Assembly (NCBI GenBank): GCA_963665095.1
Contig: OY762069.1
Location: 2,176,001-2,240,000, forward strand
Length of the DNA stretch: 64,000 bases
Direction of reading: 5' to 3'
Source: an uncultured Desulfobacter sp.
GTDB lineage: Bacteria; Desulfobacterota; Desulfobacteria; Desulfobacterales; Desulfobacteraceae
In this document: piece by piece, positions 59,998 through 64,000 of the stretch
Layout of the letters: the number at the start of each line of letters is the position of its first letter
How positions within the stretch are numbered: position 1 is the stretch's first letter
The notes under the pieces: model-generated
The model's input: only the letters and a program-made list of their open reading frames with translations
Told to the model about the DNA's origin: nothing
Databases searched by the model: none
Program-made: the position numbers and the translations under genes

Positions 59998-61739
59998 TTT
60001 TCCTCTCCCGCATCAATAATCTGTTCCTGAAAAAAGTCCCAGTTGGGGATATACGGCATGCCATGCACCCCAAGTTCCGATGTCATGGACGAAATAATGG
60101 TGGGTTTGAGTTTCAGGTCTTCCAGTTCGTGATAGTGGTGGTTGAATATGTCGTCAGGATCACCGTTAAGGATAATTTCACCCTTGTTGACCACCACCAC
60201 GCGGGTGGCGTACTTGGCCACCACCTCCATGTCATGGGTGACCATAATCAGGGTGCCTTTATGTTTGTATACAATCTCCTCCATCAGGTCCAGAAGACCT
60301 GCCAGATTTTTTTCATCCAGCCCTGTGGTGGGTTCATCCAGCATGATCACCTTGGGGTGGGAGACCAGCATGGTGGCTACCGCCAGACGCTGCCGCTGGC
60401 CACGGCTTAAAGAGAAGGGGTGCTCGTTTTCCCTTGCCTCCAGCCCCACAATTTTAAGGGCGCGGTCAGTCTCCTCCTGGATCACCTCCTCTTCAAAATC
60501 GCGGTTACGCAACCCAAATTCAATCTCTTCCCTGACAGTATTGCAGAAAAGCTGATTATCCGGATTCTGGAACACATAACCAATATCAAGGATGAGATCG
60601 GAGATATCGGTCTCTTTGGTATTATTTCCATTGATGATCACCTCACCTGAGGTCGGTGTCAGCAGGCCTAAAATATTTTTCATCAATGTGGATTTGCCGG
60701 AACCGTTATGGCCCACAATGGCCAGGAACTCACCCTGAAAAATATCCAGGTTCACATCAAAAAGGATCTGCTTGTCTGCACCGGGATAGGTAAAATCCAC
60801 GTGGGAGATCCGGGCGACAGTCTCATCACTGGGGATGGTGTAGTCCCGGTAGCGGATCTTGGGGAACTGAACGGTCTTGCCGTCAAGGGCATGCGCGCAT
60901 AACTGCCTGACGGATTCCTTGGCCACCGGGTATCGGTCCTTTTGTGTCAGGTCGTGGTCTAAAAGAAACTTGCCCAGCCGGATGTGATCCGGGATTCTGA
61001 CCCCGATACTGTCCAGATAGTCGTAATTCTCATAAAAGATCTCAGCAGGTCTGCCGTTCAAAACAATTCTGCCCTCATGCATGACGATGATTCTGTCCGC
61101 ATACTGGGTCAGATCGGTAAGATCATGCTCAATGACAATAAAGGTGGTGTCCACCTCCTCTTTAAGCTCCACCAGAATATCCATTACCTCCTGCTTACTG
61201 ATGGGGTCAAGATCGGTGGTGGGGTCATCAAGGATAATTACCGAGGGCAGCATGGCAAGGTTTGAGGCAATGGAGACCTTCTGCTTCTGACCGCCGGACA
61301 GGGCAAAGGTGATATGGCGTTTGATATCCTCAATGCGCAATTTTTTCAACGCGTAGTTCACCCGCTCCACAATATCTTTTCTGGCATAGCCCTGGCACTC
61401 CACCCCAAAGGCGACCTCATCATCCACCCGGATGGAAAAGATCTGGTCTTCAGGATTCTGGAACACCATGCCGATCTGCCTTGAAATCTCATGCATCTCT
61501 ACGGCCTGGGTATTCAGGCCGTTAATGATCACTTCCCCCTCCATGCGCCCGTCAGCCAGATGTGGAATAATACCGTTCAGGGTCTTGGCCAGTGTGGTTT
61601 TTCCACTGCCGCTGGACCCGCACAAAAGAACAAACTCCCCCTTGGCTATCTCAAAATTCAGATCATCAATGGACTTGGTTTTGGCACTGGGATAGGTGAA
61701 ACTTAAGCGTTTGACCTCTAATATATTTTCGGAACTCAT
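59994..61739 (-). CDS. ECF transporter ATPase with two fused ABC domains
   Basis: GSSGSGKT and GHNGSGKS, VFQNP twice, LSGGQ and LSRGQ. Confidence 0.92.
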   Translation of the reverse strand: MSSENILEVKRLSFTYPSAKTKSIDDLNFEIAKGEFVLLCGSSGSGKTTLAKTLNGIIPHLADGRMEGEVIINGLNTQAVEMHEISRQIGMVFQNPEDQIFSIRVDDEVAFGVECQGYARKDIVERVNYALKKLRIEDIKRHITFALSGGQKQKVSIASNLAMLPSVIILDDPTTDLDPISKQEVMDILVELKEEVDTTFIVIEHDLTDLTQYADRIIVMHEGRIVLNGRPAEIFYENYDYLDSIGVRIPDHIRLGKFLLDHDLTQKDRYPVAKESVRQLCAHALDGKTVQFPKIRYRDYTIPSDETVARISHVDFTYPGADKQILFDVNLDIFQGEFLAIVGHNGSGKSTLMKNILGLLTPTSGEVIINGNNTKETDISDLILDIGYVFQNPDNQLFCNTVREEIEFGLRNRDFEEEVIQEETDRALKIVGLEARENEHPFSLSRGQRQRLAVATMLVSHPKVIMLDEPTTGLDEKNLAGLLDLMEEIVYKHKGTLIMVTHDMEVVAKYATRVVVVNKGEIILNGDPDDIFNHHYHELEDLKLKPTIISSMTSELGVHGMPYIPNWDFFQEQIIDAGEEK

Positions 61740-61755
61740 ATCTACCCTTCTTAGC

Positions 61756-62556
61756 TTATGCGGCGGTTACAATGGGGTCAACACCCAGGCCGAAGTAATA
61801 CCGTGCCACCACAGCGGCAATGGAAAAAATAATGGTGAAAATCAACACGGCATAGTCAATTTTGTTCAGGGTGAAATCCTGGTAATATTCGTGCCATGCT
61901 CTGGAACCAAACCCTTTGCTCTCAATGGCCAGCCCCATGGTCCGGCTTTTTCTCAAGGAGTTGATGATCAAAGGCAGGGCCGCCAGCTTAAAGGCGTTTA
62001 AATTGTTTTTTAACCCCTTTTTCTCAATGCCCCTGATGGTCTGGGCCGTGGAGATATTCTGCATTTCATCGGAAACCAGAGGGAACATGCGCAAGGCCCC
62101 GAGCATCATGAACGCCACGGTCAGCGGCAGCTTGATCTTCATCATGGCCTTGGCCATGGCTGCCGGATCAGTGGTGCAGATCAGGATCAGCACGGCAAAA
62201 CAGGGAATGGCGGCCCGAAAGCCTAAAACCAGGCCGGAGACAAAACCGATATCCGTTGCCACAAGGGGGCCAAAGGAGAACAGCACCTGCTGGGTGGGGT
62301 GGTTGTAATTATAAAATGTGGCAAAGACCACTGCGGTCAGACTGAAAATAAGAATTGCCCAGACAAGTCCCATAATTGAAGACAGTTCAATCCTGGCGCT
62401 GAACCACAACGGCAGAATCAGGATGGTAATTCCCAGAAGGTAATAAAAATCGGTGAACAGCAAAGGTACCATTACCAGGGAGAGAATGGCAATCAGTTTG
62501 ACCCTGGGATCCATCCGGTGAACCCAGGTATCTTTTTCATAATTGGAGATAAACAT
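61756..62556 (-). CDS. ECF transporter transmembrane T component (EcfT/CbiQ family)
   Basis: HRMDPRVKL, ALRMFP, AQTIRG, AIESKGF. Confidence 0.9.
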   Translation of the reverse strand: MFISNYEKDTWVHRMDPRVKLIAILSLVMVPLLFTDFYYLLGITILILPLWFSARIELSSIMGLVWAILIFSLTAVVFATFYNYNHPTQQVLFSFGPLVATDIGFVSGLVLGFRAAIPCFAVLILICTTDPAAMAKAMMKIKLPLTVAFMMLGALRMFPLVSDEMQNISTAQTIRGIEKKGLKNNLNAFKLAALPLIINSLRKSRTMGLAIESKGFGSRAWHEYYQDFTLNKIDYAVLIFTIIFSIAAVVARYYFGLGVDPIVTAA

Positions 62557-62777
62557 AAATCATATCCTCGAAGTACAGCCGGAAAACAGGTCTATGTCTT
62601 ATTTGTGCCGTACCCGGTTAAACAGCCATTGGCTTGCAATTTATTCAAACAAGGTGAGTCAGCACCCATCCGGAAACCGCTTGCGATACGCTGGATGAAA
62701 ATCCGCGGTTCCGGACAGGCCCAGGTTTCTCCCCCGGTGAGGCAGCAGTGCGCCGTTCACCGGGGTGTTGCAGGTCA

Positions 62778-63338
62778 TTAATTGATTAGTGCATTAATTT
62801 TCACACCGGCTTTCAGTCCAAGGTAGGTACCAAGGATCATTAAAGCAAGACCGATGACAAATGCAATGATTACCAGGTTCATGGGCGTCGGAATCAGGAA
62901 CACATAGATAATCATAATAAAATTCCAGATAAAGTAGATAATATTATATATCATGGAATAGACGATCAGGTCTTTGAAAGAATGAAAAATATCATCGGGA
63001 TTGTCAAACATCTTGCTTCTGACCGCCATATATAGCTCAGGAATCAGCGGCAGGATCACGATGCAGGCAAAGTAATGGGGGATTTCACCCTGTAAAAAGA
63101 AATTGATGCAGACCCAGCCGATGGTGTAGAAGACACCGGCATATCTTTTCTTGGTCACAGCCAGGCAGATGACCAGAGAAAAGGAGCTGAACAGCATCAT
63201 ACCGGAGTGGTTAAAGGGAAATACCACGCCAGCCATTTTAAACACAATCCACAGTACCCTGAACATGGCGGCAAATACAACCACGGTAATCAGATCCACT
63301 GCATTAAATTTTTTGGGTTTTACAAAACCTTCAGCCAT
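62778..63338 (-). CDS. Putative ECF substrate-binding S component
   Basis: 186 aa, 5-6 TMs, N-terminal DLITVVVFAA, directly upstream of the T and A genes. Confidence 0.7.
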   Translation of the reverse strand: MAEGFVKPKKFNAVDLITVVVFAAMFRVLWIVFKMAGVVFPFNHSGMMLFSSFSLVICLAVTKKRYAGVFYTIGWVCINFFLQGEIPHYFACIVILPLIPELYMAVRSKMFDNPDDIFHSFKDLIVYSMIYNIIYFIWNFIMIIYVFLIPTPMNLVIIAFVIGLALMILGTYLGLKAGVKINALIN

Positions 63339-63537
63339 TTTTTTCTTTCCTCCTTTTAAAAATTATCCAACCTCACCTTGTGATGAATAAATAGTATTTG
63401 AACGGGTCGTTACTAATCATCTGCCTGCAACCGCATCCTCCTGCCCGATGGCAGAAAAGCCAGGGTGCGCCCAAGACGCGTTTCTGATCCGTCCAGACAC
63501 GGGTTTTTCACTGTCATGTGCGTAAACAGCGCATGTT

Positions 63538-64000
63538 TTATTTCGCGTACGTCTCCACAGCCCTTCTGACTGCAGACAGATTCTCGTCACTGGTTTTAGG
63601 ATCTGTCACGCAGCCCGGCCCCACGATCAGGGATTGCCCCTTCACCTGATCTATGGCCTCATGGATATGTTTTTCAATTTGATCCGGCGTGCTGGTCGCC
63701 ATGATACTGTTGTATTTCAAGACATTGCCCACAAAATAGGGAACCTCCTGGATACCGCCCAGAAAACATTTTCCGCAGGTTTCCCGGGCTGTCTTAAAAT
63801 CAGGGTCCGTGTGGCGGTCATGCCAGTTCAGGCAGTTGCCCGGGTACTGGCTCACCTTGTCAAACATGATATTGTCCCCATGGATGTGAATGACGTTGAA
63901 CCAGGTTTCATCCTTGAAAGCATCAAAAAGCCTGAGATCATAGGGCGTGGCAAATGCGTCAAACAACGCCTCGTCATTGACGTCATAGGAGGCATTCTGG
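63538..64000 (-). CDS. Uroporphyrinogen decarboxylase / MtaA-CmuA methyltransferase superfamily protein (C-terminal part)
   Basis: F..F..PYD, IHIHG, LNW, CFLGGI, IVGPGC, ENL.AV; gene runs off the window end. Confidence 0.75.
   Translation of the reverse strand, partial: QNASYDVNDEALFDAFATPYDLRLFDAFKDETWFNVIHIHGDNIMFDKVSQYPGNCLNWHDRHTDPDFKTARETCGKCFLGGIQEVPYFVGNVLKYNSIMATSTPDQIEKHIHEAIDQVKGQSLIVGPGCVTDPKTSDENLSAVRRAVETYAK

Noticed and set aside
5753..63390. Many 60-240 aa ORFs antisense to or nested in the called genes
   Set aside because: They overlap well-supported genes and show no recognisable motifs; treated as shadow ORFs

Overview
64 kb of bacterial chromosome, probably from a sulfate-reducing Desulfobacterota (Desulfobacteraceae-like; inferred from gene content, not verified). 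Bases 1-4930 are the right end of an integrative element at the 3' end of the tmRNA gene. It carries a truncated primase-associated ATPase gene, an iteron-rich palindromic origin candidate, a GemA/DUF1018-like gene, two different tyrosine recombinases and att-like signals. The backbone follows: ssrA-smpB-ptsI-ptsH, LOG, a class I adenylate cyclase fused to pentapeptide repeats and divergent from parE-parC-mltF, RNase E/G, yajC-secD-secF-cpoB-dprA-topA, efp, guaA, a coiled-coil protein, a SidJ-related pseudokinase, an MltD-like enzyme, suhB, rbgA, prc, an AsmA-like gene, thioesterase, recX, a PilZ gene with a sigma54-type promoter, ppiD, tRNA-Ala, a glutaredoxin, degP with a two-component system, yjbQ and an ABC-F. 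The right end holds draT-draG, a hybrid kinase pseudogene with an internal deletion, and an operon of URO-D/MtaA-like enzyme, ECF transporter, CDF exporter and cysteine desulfidase-like gene. The best leads are the SidJ-like pseudokinase operon, the pentapeptide-cyclase beside topoisomerase IV, and the two-recombinase tmRNA element with its origin. No CRISPR array or rRNA was seen. All calls come from reading motifs by eye; no searches were run.
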